DNA of 64,000 bases from contig JAAXUA010000005.1 of assembly GCA_013336275.1 (NCBI GenBank), positions 13,863 to 77,862 on the forward strand, written 5' to 3'. Below are positions 45,170 to 52,793 of this stretch, piece after piece (the stretch's first letter is position 1; each line of letters begins with the position of its first letter). The notes beneath the pieces were generated by a model. The model ran no database searches. It saw only the letters and a list, made by a program, of their open reading frames with translations, and was not told the DNA's origin. A program made the translations under genes and the position numbers. This DNA is from Candidatus Falkowbacteria bacterium. GTDB lineage: Bacteria; Patescibacteriota; Patescibacteriia; Patescibacteriales; GWE2-39-37.

Positions 45170-45754
45170 ATGGCTCGCAGAGTTTCATCGCCAATGCTCC
45201 AATTGAGCAGAGGCCAGGTCAAGTTTTTCGGTGAAGAGGGCTTCGGTTACGTGGTTGAGGAACATCCGAAGAAGAAAAGGGAAGTATTTTTCCGCTCCAA
45301 GCATTTTGCCGGTCCGGTCGAGCGCCATCTGGGCAAACTCGATTTCGACCTGGCAAGCCGCTTGCCGTACCGGATGGATTTCCGTCCGCCAACCCGCAGT
45401 GACGAACTGGTATATCTGACCATGTGGACCGACCGCGGTCCTATGGCCAAATACTGGGGCTTCGCTGCCGACTGGGAAAAGGCAAGCCGCCGCATTTCCA
45501 TGCGCTTATCACCCGATTCCGTCTTAGTCCGGGTCAAGCAAGTCATTCCCGAAAGAGGAATTGCGGCACCGCAAATCGTTTGGGAGGGTGAGCTCGATAA
45601 GTTCATGTTCAAGCTCGAACACGGGTTCGCCTCTACTCTCAATCAGACCGCTGTCATCGAGCAGTGTCGGGCAACCGGCTGGATGGCCATCGAGGACCCC
45701 TCGACCTGGCATCCGCAGTGTCTGAAACTTCCGCTGGAACGGAGGCAGACATGA
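45170..45754 (+). CDS. hypothetical protein (194 aa) with a cold-shock-domain-like N-terminus
   Basis: GQVKFFGEEGFGYVVEE...EVFFRSKHF resembles the CSD RNP motifs; TGGAGG upstream. Confidence 0.55.
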   Translation: MARRVSSPMLQLSRGQVKFFGEEGFGYVVEEHPKKKREVFFRSKHFAGPVERHLGKLDFDLASRLPYRMDFRPPTRSDELVYLTMWTDRGPMAKYWGFAADWEKASRRISMRLSPDSVLVRVKQVIPERGIAAPQIVWEGELDKFMFKLEHGFASTLNQTAVIEQCRATGWMAIEDPSTWHPQCLKLPLERRQT

Positions 45755-45876
45755 GCACTCCGAAGCAAGTTTTGAAAAAAACTCCCGAAATAGCGCTTGA
45801 GGCGTTCAAGGAGTTCTTCGCCCCGCTAGTTCAGCTGGGCCAGTTTATCAAAAAGAGGCTGAAAAAGGCAGCCTGA
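45751..45876 (+). CDS. 41-aa hypothetical protein (MSTPKQVLKKTPEIALEAFKEFFAPLVQLGQFIKKRLKKAA)
   Basis: ATGA start/stop overlap with the previous gene at 45751-45754; ends just before the terminator. Confidence 0.4.
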   Translation: MSTPKQVLKKTPEIALEAFKEFFAPLVQLGQFIKKRLKKAA

Positions 45877-45893
45877 TGGGCCCCTGGTCCGAC

Positions 45894-45920
45894 GCCGCAT
45901 GGAAACATGCGGCTTTTTTT
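45894..45920 (+). terminator. rho-independent terminator
   Basis: GCCGCATG-GAAA-CATGCGGC followed by T7. Confidence 0.8.
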
Positions 45921-46524
45921 ACGGAAGAAATATTTGCTCACAGAACTTCATGATGCGTTTCCGCGGGTCAATGAATTCGGAGATGATCGATGGCTGCTCG
46001 AACAGTGATGGCTGCTCAAGATAAATTAGGAATATTTTGAGAAAAAAGGTGTGGGAAATGAATAGGGTATCGTTCGTCTCTTGCCGCATATGGGCGAGCA
46101 GTTGGTCGCAACGCGCTTTGATTTCGTTTCTTGATTCAAGAAGCGAATCGCTGATAAAACCATCGATGAAACCTTGGCGTACGGCATCGCTGCCTCGCTG
46201 GGCGTAGTCTTCTTCGGAGCAGACGGTGGCGACATCGAAGCGTATCTCGCGGAGCAGGGAGGAGGCAGTAACTGAAGCCTTGTTGTTGACGATCTTTTGG
46301 CGCACAAGGAAGTCAGCGGTCTGTTTCGTGCGCAGAAGGTCTGAACAGAAAACCGCAGCAACGTCATGGAGCCGGTCGATGCCTGGCTTGTCGAGGCAGG
46401 CGCTGACCTTAGCTTCGTCCAGTGGCGGATCGTATTCTTGGCGCGTCAAAGCCGCTACGCTAGCGTACTTGGTTTTTCCGGATATTTGCGGGTCGTAAGG
46501 CCCGGTTTTCATGAGTATGATCAT
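45919..46524 (-). CDS. histidine-phosphatase (PGM/SixA-like) superfamily protein lacking the N-terminal RHG motif
   Basis: 201 aa; VFCSDLLRTKQTADFL and LFISHTFFLK resemble the family's SSxLxRAxQTA and SHG segments; the N-terminus reads ILMKTGPYD where RHG is expected. Confidence 0.5.
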   Translation of the reverse strand: MIILMKTGPYDPQISGKTKYASVAALTRQEYDPPLDEAKVSACLDKPGIDRLHDVAAVFCSDLLRTKQTADFLVRQKIVNNKASVTASSLLREIRFDVATVCSEEDYAQRGSDAVRQGFIDGFISDSLLESRNEIKARCDQLLAHMRQETNDTLFISHTFFLKIFLIYLEQPSLFEQPSIISEFIDPRKRIMKFCEQIFLP

Positions 46525-46570
46525 AATAAAGGGGAGAGGCGCTGCCGCTGTCAGCAGCGCCTCTCTAAAA

Positions 46571-47374
46571 TCAATACCACGAATCGTCGATCACGCCTAG
46601 GGGGAATTTTTGCGCGTTTTCCAGGTGGCCGCATCCAGGCACGAACCTTGAGAGGAAGAAATTCTGCAGGTTGGGCGTGAAATGGTTGATGACCACCAAG
46701 TTATGATCGGCGAACAGCTTGCGCAGCAGGCTGCCGTGGGTAACGTAAAGACTCATGCCATGGGCCGCCGCCTGGGCCGACTCCTCGGCAGTCAATCGGC
46801 GGCCGCGGAATTTAGCAGCCAGATTCTGCCGCATGGCGCAGAAAGCGTCGAATTTGCCGCTGAAAGCCCGATTGTGCTTGGCTTCGTGGAGGATGCGCTC
46901 GGCAACTTCTTCTTGGACCTCAAGATACGGGATGTTCTGTTCGGTGTACCAGCTGGAAAAGGTTTTGACTTCGCCCAAAGAGCCTATCTGCTCCTTTATG
47001 GCTTTGGCCGAAGCTTCGCAGCGTCCGATGTAGTCGTCCTTCGAAGCGGCGACCCGGAGATAGAACTCCTTTTGCTGGCTGGTGAGCTCCGGCAGGTCGG
47101 CTACTAGGATCAGCCAGCGGGTCGCGATTTCTTGACCGTTAAGACCGCTGATCAGATCGGGGACGCGCCGGAGGTGCGATGCGGCGGTCAGGCTGGCACC
47201 GCGCCCCAGTTCGCCCCTGAAGGTGTACTTGCCATCTTCGTGAGGGTAGTCCGGGCAGACAGTCGATAAGATAACGGCTTGGCCTTGGATGCGCTTGACC
47301 TTGCGTTGGTCGCTGCGGGAAAAGTGGACATCGGTTCCGTGGAAGGGTCGGTAGTCTTTGCTGTTGAATGGCAT
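46571..47374 (-). CDS. uncharacterised 267-aa protein, first gene of a T-box-controlled operon
   Basis: AAAGGAG 6 nt upstream of ATG 47374, immediately downstream of the minus-strand T-box terminator; no motif I can recognise. Confidence 0.75.
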   Translation of the reverse strand: MPFNSKDYRPFHGTDVHFSRSDQRKVKRIQGQAVILSTVCPDYPHEDGKYTFRGELGRGASLTAASHLRRVPDLISGLNGQEIATRWLILVADLPELTSQQKEFYLRVAASKDDYIGRCEASAKAIKEQIGSLGEVKTFSSWYTEQNIPYLEVQEEVAERILHEAKHNRAFSGKFDAFCAMRQNLAAKFRGRRLTAEESAQAAAHGMSLYVTHGSLLRKLFADHNLVVINHFTPNLQNFFLSRFVPGCGHLENAQKFPLGVIDDSWY

Positions 47375-47399
47375 GGTCGTCTCCTTTTTGAATGAGCGA

Positions 47400-47693
47400 T
47401 AAAAAAATAAAACTCCCCATCCCTTCGTACGACAAAAAATCGTACGAAAGGACGAAGAGTCTTCTTCGCGGTACCACCTTTCTTTCAGAAATAAAAAACT
47501 GCCACGGAATGTGCCAGCAAATGATTCCTGCTCATCGACTCCGCTTGCGCGACATCGATTAGCCCATGGTTACGGGGGCAGCCGGATTTCCACTAGCGCA
47601 GAAATCATCCCCTCCCTTGCGGGAGAAAATCAGACCCAGCCCCTCGGGAAGCCCCAAGGGATCTGATTTATGGATTTTGCGGTTGTTAATGAT
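47400..47693 (-). promoter_or_regulatory. T-box riboswitch leader (minus strand)
   Basis: Canonical antiterminator GAAAGG-[TGGTACC bulge]-GCGAAGA-AGAC-TCTTCGT-CCTTTC (47482 down to 47446). Competing 21-bp terminator ACTCTTCGTCCTTTCGTACGA/TCGTACGAAGGGATGGGGAGT (47460-40/47432-12) followed by TTTATTTTTTT. Confidence 0.85.
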
Positions 47694-47699
47694 GGGATA

Positions 47700-47728
47700 A
47701 ATATAGCTCAAAATGGCTAAAATGTCAA
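47700..47728 (-). promoter_or_regulatory. consensus sigma70 promoter (minus strand)
   Basis: TTGACA (complement of 47723-28), 17-nt spacer, TATATT (complement of 47700-05). Confidence 0.7.
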
Positions 47729-47731
47729 CTA

Positions 47732-47760
47732 TTGACTAATTTTAGCAATCATAGTATATT
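47732..47760 (+). promoter_or_regulatory. near-consensus sigma70 promoter (plus strand)
   Basis: TTGACT (47732-37), 17-nt spacer, TATATT (47755-60); -35 boxes of the two divergent promoters are 3 bp apart. Confidence 0.7.
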
Positions 47761-47766
47761 CTATCT

Positions 47767-48036
47767 ATCCTTAAAATCGAATCAAAACCATCAGTCCCCC
47801 TACGCCACAGGCTGCGGAGGATAAAACCTTGGCCAACACCAGGGGAGGTGCGGGAAGAAAGTCAGCCTGGCTGATCACTAGAACCCGTCGTAAGCTTGCG
47901 TTAAGAGCATAATTAAGTGTTTGTTTGCCTTTGGCGGGTCCGCCCCAGGCGGATAAAAACTAAGGTGGTACCACGAGAATCCTCGTCCTTAGATATGGCA
48001 TTTTGCCGTATTTAGAGACGAGGTTTTTTATTTTTA
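47767..48036 (+). promoter_or_regulatory. T-box riboswitch leader (plus strand)
   Basis: CTAAGG (47960-65)-[TGGTACC 47966-72]-ACGAG-AATC-CTCGT-CCTTAG (47987-92) antiterminator. Competing terminator CCTCGTC (47981-87)/GACGAGG (48017-23) followed by TTTTTTATTTTT. Confidence 0.85.
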
Positions 48037-48043
48037 AAACCCT

Positions 48044-48457
48044 ATGACCGATTACATCGTAATATCCAAATTCAGGAACAAACAGCAGACGGATCTTCTG
48101 GTTGCAGAGTTGGCCAAGCGAGGGAAGACTTGCTATAACCATTGCGACATCCCGGCTGACCCTGATAATCCTCATGATCATCCGGAAAAGCAGATGGAGA
48201 AGTTCGAATCGGTTTCCGATTTCTTCAATGACAAGCACTATCGGTATGTCTTTGAAGAAGATTTGCGAGGGCTCAGGGGCGCAGGTAAAGTCATCGCACT
48301 TTTCCCGGCCGGCAACTCAGTCCACGTCGAAGCGGGAATCGCCTACGGCTTGGGCAAGCCGCTGATCCTGATCGGCGAATTGGAAAAGCCGGAGACGCTT
48401 TACCTGATATTTCAGGAGCGGTACAAGACCATCGAGGATTTTTTAGAAACTATATAA
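48044..48457 (+). CDS. nucleoside 2-deoxyribosyltransferase-like (NDT/Rcl fold) protein
   Basis: 137 aa; C-terminal ALFPAGNSVHVEAGIAYGLGKPLILIG matches the NDT-family catalytic-Glu segment. Confidence 0.6.
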   Translation: MTDYIVISKFRNKQQTDLLVAELAKRGKTCYNHCDIPADPDNPHDHPEKQMEKFESVSDFFNDKHYRYVFEEDLRGLRGAGKVIALFPAGNSVHVEAGIAYGLGKPLILIGELEKPETLYLIFQERYKTIEDFLETI

Positions 48458-48469
48458 TAATTCAAAACT

Positions 48470-50284
48470 ATGTTGCGAACACACACATGCGGCGAATTGA
48501 CGAAGGCGCTGGCCGGGCAAGAGGTCGAGCTCTCCGGCTGGGTCGCTAAGCGCCGCGACCACGGCGGCATCATCTTTATCGATCTGCGCGACCGTTACGG
48601 CATCACTCAGCTGACCTTCGATGAGAAGTTCGGCGCCGAGGCTTACCAGGCGGCTGACCGCCTGCGCAGCGAATGGGTCATCCACATCAAGGGCAAAGTG
48701 GCTGCCCGTCCTGATGAGATGGTCAACGACAAGCTTCCGACCGGCACGATCGAAGTCGAAGTCTCGACGCTCGAAGTCCTGTCCGAATCCAAGCCTCTGC
48801 CATTCGAGCTCGACGACGAGAAGGCGAAAGACGTCAAGGAATCGATGCGCCTGAAATATCGTTTCCTCGATCTGCGCCGCCCGAAGCTGCAGGAGGTCCT
48901 GATGAAGCGCAACGAGGTTATCCGCCACGTGCGCGATTATTTCAAACAGCTCAACTTCGTCGAGGTGCAGACACCGATCCTGGCTAACTCCTCGCCCGAA
49001 GGCGCACGCGACTATCTGGTCCCGTCACGCCTCTATCCGGGCAAATTCTACGCTTTGCCCCAGGCGCCGCAGCAATTCAAGCAGCTCTTGATGGTCGGCG
49101 GTTTCGACCGCTACTTCCAGATCGCTCCTTGCTTCCGCGATGAGGATCCGCGCAATGACCGCCACCCTGGCGACTTCTACCAGATCGATTTGGAGATGAG
49201 CTTCGTCGAGCAGGAGGATATCTGGAACACCGTCGAGCCGCTGATGATCGAGCTGACTGAGAAGTTCGGCAACAAGGAAGTCATCCAGAAACCGTTTCCG
49301 CGCTATACCTGGCACGAAGTCATGACCAAATACGGCATCGACAAGCCTGATTTGCGCTTCGACTTCGAGATCAAGCCGGTTAGCCGGCTGGTAGCTGGCT
49401 GCGGTTTCTCGGTCTTTGCCGATGCCGTCGCGACCGGCGGCGTAGTGCATGCCTTGAAGATCGACGGCGGCGCCAAGTTCTCCCGCAAGGAGATCGATGA
49501 GATGACCGAAATCGCTAGAAGCAAAGGCGCCAAAGGCCTGGCCTACATTTCCTGGAAAGAAGACGAGGGCCTGGTCTCGCCGATCATCAAATTCTTGGGT
49601 GACGAGCTAACCAAACAGGTTATGGATGAGGTCGGGGCCAAACAGGGCGATATCGTCTTCTTCGGCGCTGATACTTGGAAGACCGTCTGCGCCGCCCTCG
49701 GCGCGGTCCGCAACGATTGCGGCAGCCGCCTGGGCCTCAAGGATAATACCAAGGCCGCCTGGTGCTGGGTCAAGGATTTCCCGATGTATGATTACTCTGA
49801 TATAGAGGACGGCCGCGTCGATTTCGGCCATAACCCGTTCTCGATGCCTCAGGGCGGCATGCAGGCCCTGCTCGAACAGAACCCGTTGGAAATCCTGGCC
49901 TATCAATATGACCTAGTCTGCAACGGCTATGAGATCTCTTCCGGTGCGATCCGCAACCATCGTCCAGACATCATGTACAAAGCCTTCGAGTTGGCCGGCT
50001 ACACCAAGGATGACGTGGACAAGCGCTTCGGCGGCATGATCCGCGCCTTCGAATACGGTGCACCGCCTCACGGCGGCATCGCTCCGGGCATCGACCGCCT
50101 GATGATGGTGCTGTTCGACCTCGATTCAATCCGCGATATCTACGCCTTTCCGAAGGACGGCCAGGCCCGCGATGCCATGATGGACTCGCCGAGCGAGGTG
50201 ACTGAGAGACAGCTCAAGGAACTGCATATCAAATTGAACATCCCGCCGAAATTGGCTGACAAGATATACGACAAAGGCGAATAG
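48470..50284 (+). CDS. aspS: aspartyl-tRNA synthetase (bacterial type with insertion domain)
   Basis: 604 aa; MLRTHTCGEL, FIDLRDRYG, QSPQ-like LPQAPQQFKQLLMVGG, FRDEDPRNDRHPGDFYQID, GGIAPGIDRL class II motifs. Confidence 0.96.
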   Translation: MLRTHTCGELTKALAGQEVELSGWVAKRRDHGGIIFIDLRDRYGITQLTFDEKFGAEAYQAADRLRSEWVIHIKGKVAARPDEMVNDKLPTGTIEVEVSTLEVLSESKPLPFELDDEKAKDVKESMRLKYRFLDLRRPKLQEVLMKRNEVIRHVRDYFKQLNFVEVQTPILANSSPEGARDYLVPSRLYPGKFYALPQAPQQFKQLLMVGGFDRYFQIAPCFRDEDPRNDRHPGDFYQIDLEMSFVEQEDIWNTVEPLMIELTEKFGNKEVIQKPFPRYTWHEVMTKYGIDKPDLRFDFEIKPVSRLVAGCGFSVFADAVATGGVVHALKIDGGAKFSRKEIDEMTEIARSKGAKGLAYISWKEDEGLVSPIIKFLGDELTKQVMDEVGAKQGDIVFFGADTWKTVCAALGAVRNDCGSRLGLKDNTKAAWCWVKDFPMYDYSDIEDGRVDFGHNPFSMPQGGMQALLEQNPLEILAYQYDLVCNGYEISSGAIRNHRPDIMYKAFELAGYTKDDVDKRFGGMIRAFEYGAPPHGGIAPGIDRLMMVLFDLDSIRDIYAFPKDGQARDAMMDSPSEVTERQLKELHIKLNIPPKLADKIYDKGE

Positions 50285-50302
50285 CTCGCAAAAACAAAAA
50301 GG

Positions 50303-50334
50303 GACTGCTGGGGTTTAATCCAGCAGTCTTTTTT
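50303..50334 (+). terminator. terminator of aspS
   Basis: GACTGCTGG/CCAGCAGTC 9-bp stem followed by T6. Confidence 0.75.
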
Positions 50335-50551
50335 GTTCAAGCTCGAGATCGAGCTTGAGGAGTTGTCGTTTTTGCTCTGGGGTGAGCTTGATTCTTTTGT
50401 AGACTGATAACTCAATCTCAAGTTCTTTTCGGGAATCAAGCCGATCCTGGAGCGGGTTTTCTTTGGGGGGAAGGAGAATGTGAGAGGTGGCGGTGGCCGA
50501 GGGGAAGGTCGAAATAAATGCGACGAAGACGGCGGTGATCAGGATTTTCAT
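50315..50551 (-). CDS. small secreted protein (78 aa) with a Spy/CpxP-like LTPEQ motif
   Basis: Signal-peptide-like N-terminus MKILITAVFVAFISTFPSATA; KLTPEQKRQLLKLDLELEQ; AAGGAG upstream; own consensus promoter. Confidence 0.5.
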   Translation of the reverse strand: MKILITAVFVAFISTFPSATATSHILLPPKENPLQDRLDSRKELEIELSVYKRIKLTPEQKRQLLKLDLELEQKRLLD

Positions 50552-50593
50552 AATCCTTTTCTCCTTTCTTGGTAAGGTTCATTTAAACAATCA

Positions 50594-50622
50594 AATATAC
50601 CATAGATTGGTATATTTGTCAA
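50594..50622 (-). promoter_or_regulatory. consensus sigma70 promoter containing a 9-bp inverted repeat
   Basis: TTGACA, 17-nt spacer, TATATT on the minus strand; AATATACCA/TGGTATATT palindrome spans the spacer and -10. Confidence 0.6.
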
Positions 50623-50761
50623 TAGTAATGTCTGTTCGCCTCCCGTTTTATTCATAAAATCTTAATGAATTGTTGCAAAAGTTAGCCAAAGTGGTATGTT
50701 ATTAATATAGGTTAACAAATAAGCCGAATCCGGCCACACATGGCCGAACGGCAACAAATTT

Positions 50762-51718
50762 ATGGAACAGCCAATCATGGCTCGCGAAGCCAACAATGCG
50801 GCTAAATTCGCCTTCCTGTATCTCTTGTCTCTGGTCTCGCTGGTGTTCGTCAGTACCTCTGTCGGCATGGTAATCTTCCAGATAATCAACAAGTTCATCA
50901 CCGACCCGATACATACCGAAGCCTTCGAGCAGGGGGCGCTGAAATACGCCGTAGCTGCCTTGATCATCGCTAGCCCGATCTATTTCCTGACTGTCCGCCA
51001 CATCAACCAGAGCCTGGTCTCAGGCAAATTGGAAATGCAAGCGGCTATCAGGCGCTGGCTGACCTACCTCATCCTCCTGATCGTTTCAGTGGTCATGATC
51101 GGCTGGCTGATCGGCACCTTGACCAGTTACATGAACGGCGATCTGACAGCGAAGTTCGGTCTCAAGGCCTTGGCATCGTTGCTGATTGCCGGAGTAATCG
51201 GCGGATACTATTGGTATGATATTCGAAGAGAGAAAGTAGAGTCAGATGATAAGACGGCGATGTGGTACGGCTATTCGAGTAGCGCCCTAGTGGTCGTCGC
51301 ATTGGTATTAGCCATTATTTATGCCGGTTCGCCCGGTGAAGCCCGTGACCGGCGTACCGATGAGCTGCTTCTGGGCCGCTTTGACGTCATTGATAGCGCC
51401 ATCAACTCGTATTATATGGAAAACGGCAAGATGCCGTCGGATCTGGATACGCTAGTCAAAGAGAAGCGGATTACTGACGAAAAACAGCTCACCGACCCGG
51501 TCAGCGGCGAGAAGATAGTCTATAAGCCGGGCAAAGACAAGCTGTATGAGCTCTGCGCCACCTTCAGGCGTGGGAATAAGGAAGAAGATCTGAATCGGTA
51601 TTATTCCTCCCGTTGGCCGCATGACGCTGGAAATCAGTGCCTTACTCAGCGCCTCTCGGCCCTGCCTGATGGCAAGACAATAGTTCCGGCTGAGCCGAAA
51701 CCGGCCCCGGTGAGATAG
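50762..51718 (+). CDS. integral membrane protein (DUF5671-like N-terminal region)
   Basis: 318 aa; about five TM helices, AAKFAFLYLLSLVSLVFVSTSVGMVIFQIINKF start typical of this family; soluble C-terminal tail. Confidence 0.6.
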   Translation: MEQPIMAREANNAAKFAFLYLLSLVSLVFVSTSVGMVIFQIINKFITDPIHTEAFEQGALKYAVAALIIASPIYFLTVRHINQSLVSGKLEMQAAIRRWLTYLILLIVSVVMIGWLIGTLTSYMNGDLTAKFGLKALASLLIAGVIGGYYWYDIRREKVESDDKTAMWYGYSSSALVVVALVLAIIYAGSPGEARDRRTDELLLGRFDVIDSAINSYYMENGKMPSDLDTLVKEKRITDEKQLTDPVSGEKIVYKPGKDKLYELCATFRRGNKEEDLNRYYSSRWPHDAGNQCLTQRLSALPDGKTIVPAEPKPAPVR

Positions 51719-51747
51719 TTGACAAATCGCGAAAAAGCCATTAAAAT
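51719..51747 (+). promoter_or_regulatory. sigma70-like promoter of the pyr cluster leader
   Basis: TTGACA, 17-nt spacer, TAAAAT; followed by three hairpins (51757-87, 51788-812, 51817-34) before ATG 51905. Confidence 0.55.
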
Positions 51748-51904
51748 AAGCAAAAATCCAAGGTAAATCGCTTGGGTTTTTGTTTTTGGTCGAGGAACAT
51801 AAATTCCCGACCATACAAAAAGCCTTTGGCTTTTATATGTCCTTTTTATCATAAACGCAATCAAGAAGCTGATAAAAATCCACCGCATCGACAAGGAGAC
51901 CGGA

Positions 51905-52741
51905 ATGAAGAAGGAAGGGGACCCGAGGAAGACCAAGGTAGAGTTGTTTCCAGAACCGAAGGATCGGATCATTTTCGCTTTGAACACTTCAGATTTCGTC
52001 CGCGCGCAGTGCCTGGTATCGCTCCTCTCGAGCCATGTCGGGTATTTCAAGTTCGGACCGGAATTGGCTAGCGCGATGCTGGCCAGCCTGCTGTGCTCGT
52101 CGGACAGTGCCGCCGCCGACAATATGCGGAAGGTACGCGCAATATTCAACGAAGCCAAGGACCGGATATTCTGGGATGGCCGGCTGGCAGGCATTGCCAG
52201 CACGATCGGCTCGACGACCAAGACCCTGTCCGACATGGGAGTCTGCATGCTCAGCGTGCAGGCCAAACAAGGGATGAGGTCAATTTCGGCCGCCAGCGAG
52301 AACAAAGGCAAGAGCCTGTTGTTCGCTGCTACGCCACGTTCGTCGGTCGACCATGAGGAATGCCGAGCGAATTGCCTGGTCACCAGCAAGCAAGAGGTCC
52401 GGCTGATCGAGATGATCAGAGACAAGGGTGTCGACGGCATCATTTGCTCGTCTCACGAGACCGCTGCCATCCGAGCCTGCTTGCCGGAAGCATGCGTCGC
52501 GACCCGCGACGTGCGTCCGCTCTGGGTGCCGGTCAGTAACCGCAGCAAGGTCATTACCCCGCACCAAGCCATCATGGCTGGCGCCGACGCCGTAATCATC
52601 GGCAAGCCGATCAGCCAACCGCCGGTTTCAGTCGGCGACCCGACTAGGGCCGCGGACCGGATCATCGAAGAAATCAAACAAGCGTTGCTTGAGCGTCAAA
52701 AACTTTTGGAATTGAACGGAGGTGAAACGGAGGCAGCTTGA
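51905..52741 (+). CDS. orotidine-5'-phosphate decarboxylase family paralog with substituted catalytic motif
   Basis: 278 aa; RIIFALN, GYFKFGPEL, IICSSHE, AVIIGKPI align with PyrF, but the DxKxxD motif reads WDGRLAGI (Lys to Arg, second Asp to Gly). Confidence 0.6.
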   Translation: MKKEGDPRKTKVELFPEPKDRIIFALNTSDFVRAQCLVSLLSSHVGYFKFGPELASAMLASLLCSSDSAAADNMRKVRAIFNEAKDRIFWDGRLAGIASTIGSTTKTLSDMGVCMLSVQAKQGMRSISAASENKGKSLLFAATPRSSVDHEECRANCLVTSKQEVRLIEMIRDKGVDGIICSSHETAAIRACLPEACVATRDVRPLWVPVSNRSKVITPHQAIMAGADAVIIGKPISQPPVSVGDPTRAADRIIEEIKQALLERQKLLELNGGETEAA

Positions 52742-52793
52742 TTAATCACGCAGCAGATTGGAGATGGAAATAACGCCAAAAGGGGGCAACTGT

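Noticed and set aside
47139-47477. 112-aa minus-strand ORF overlapping the T-box terminator and the 5' end of gene 46571..47374
   Set aside because: It is out of frame with the SD-supported gene, reads through the U-tract and terminator, and gives a Pro/Arg-rich translation.
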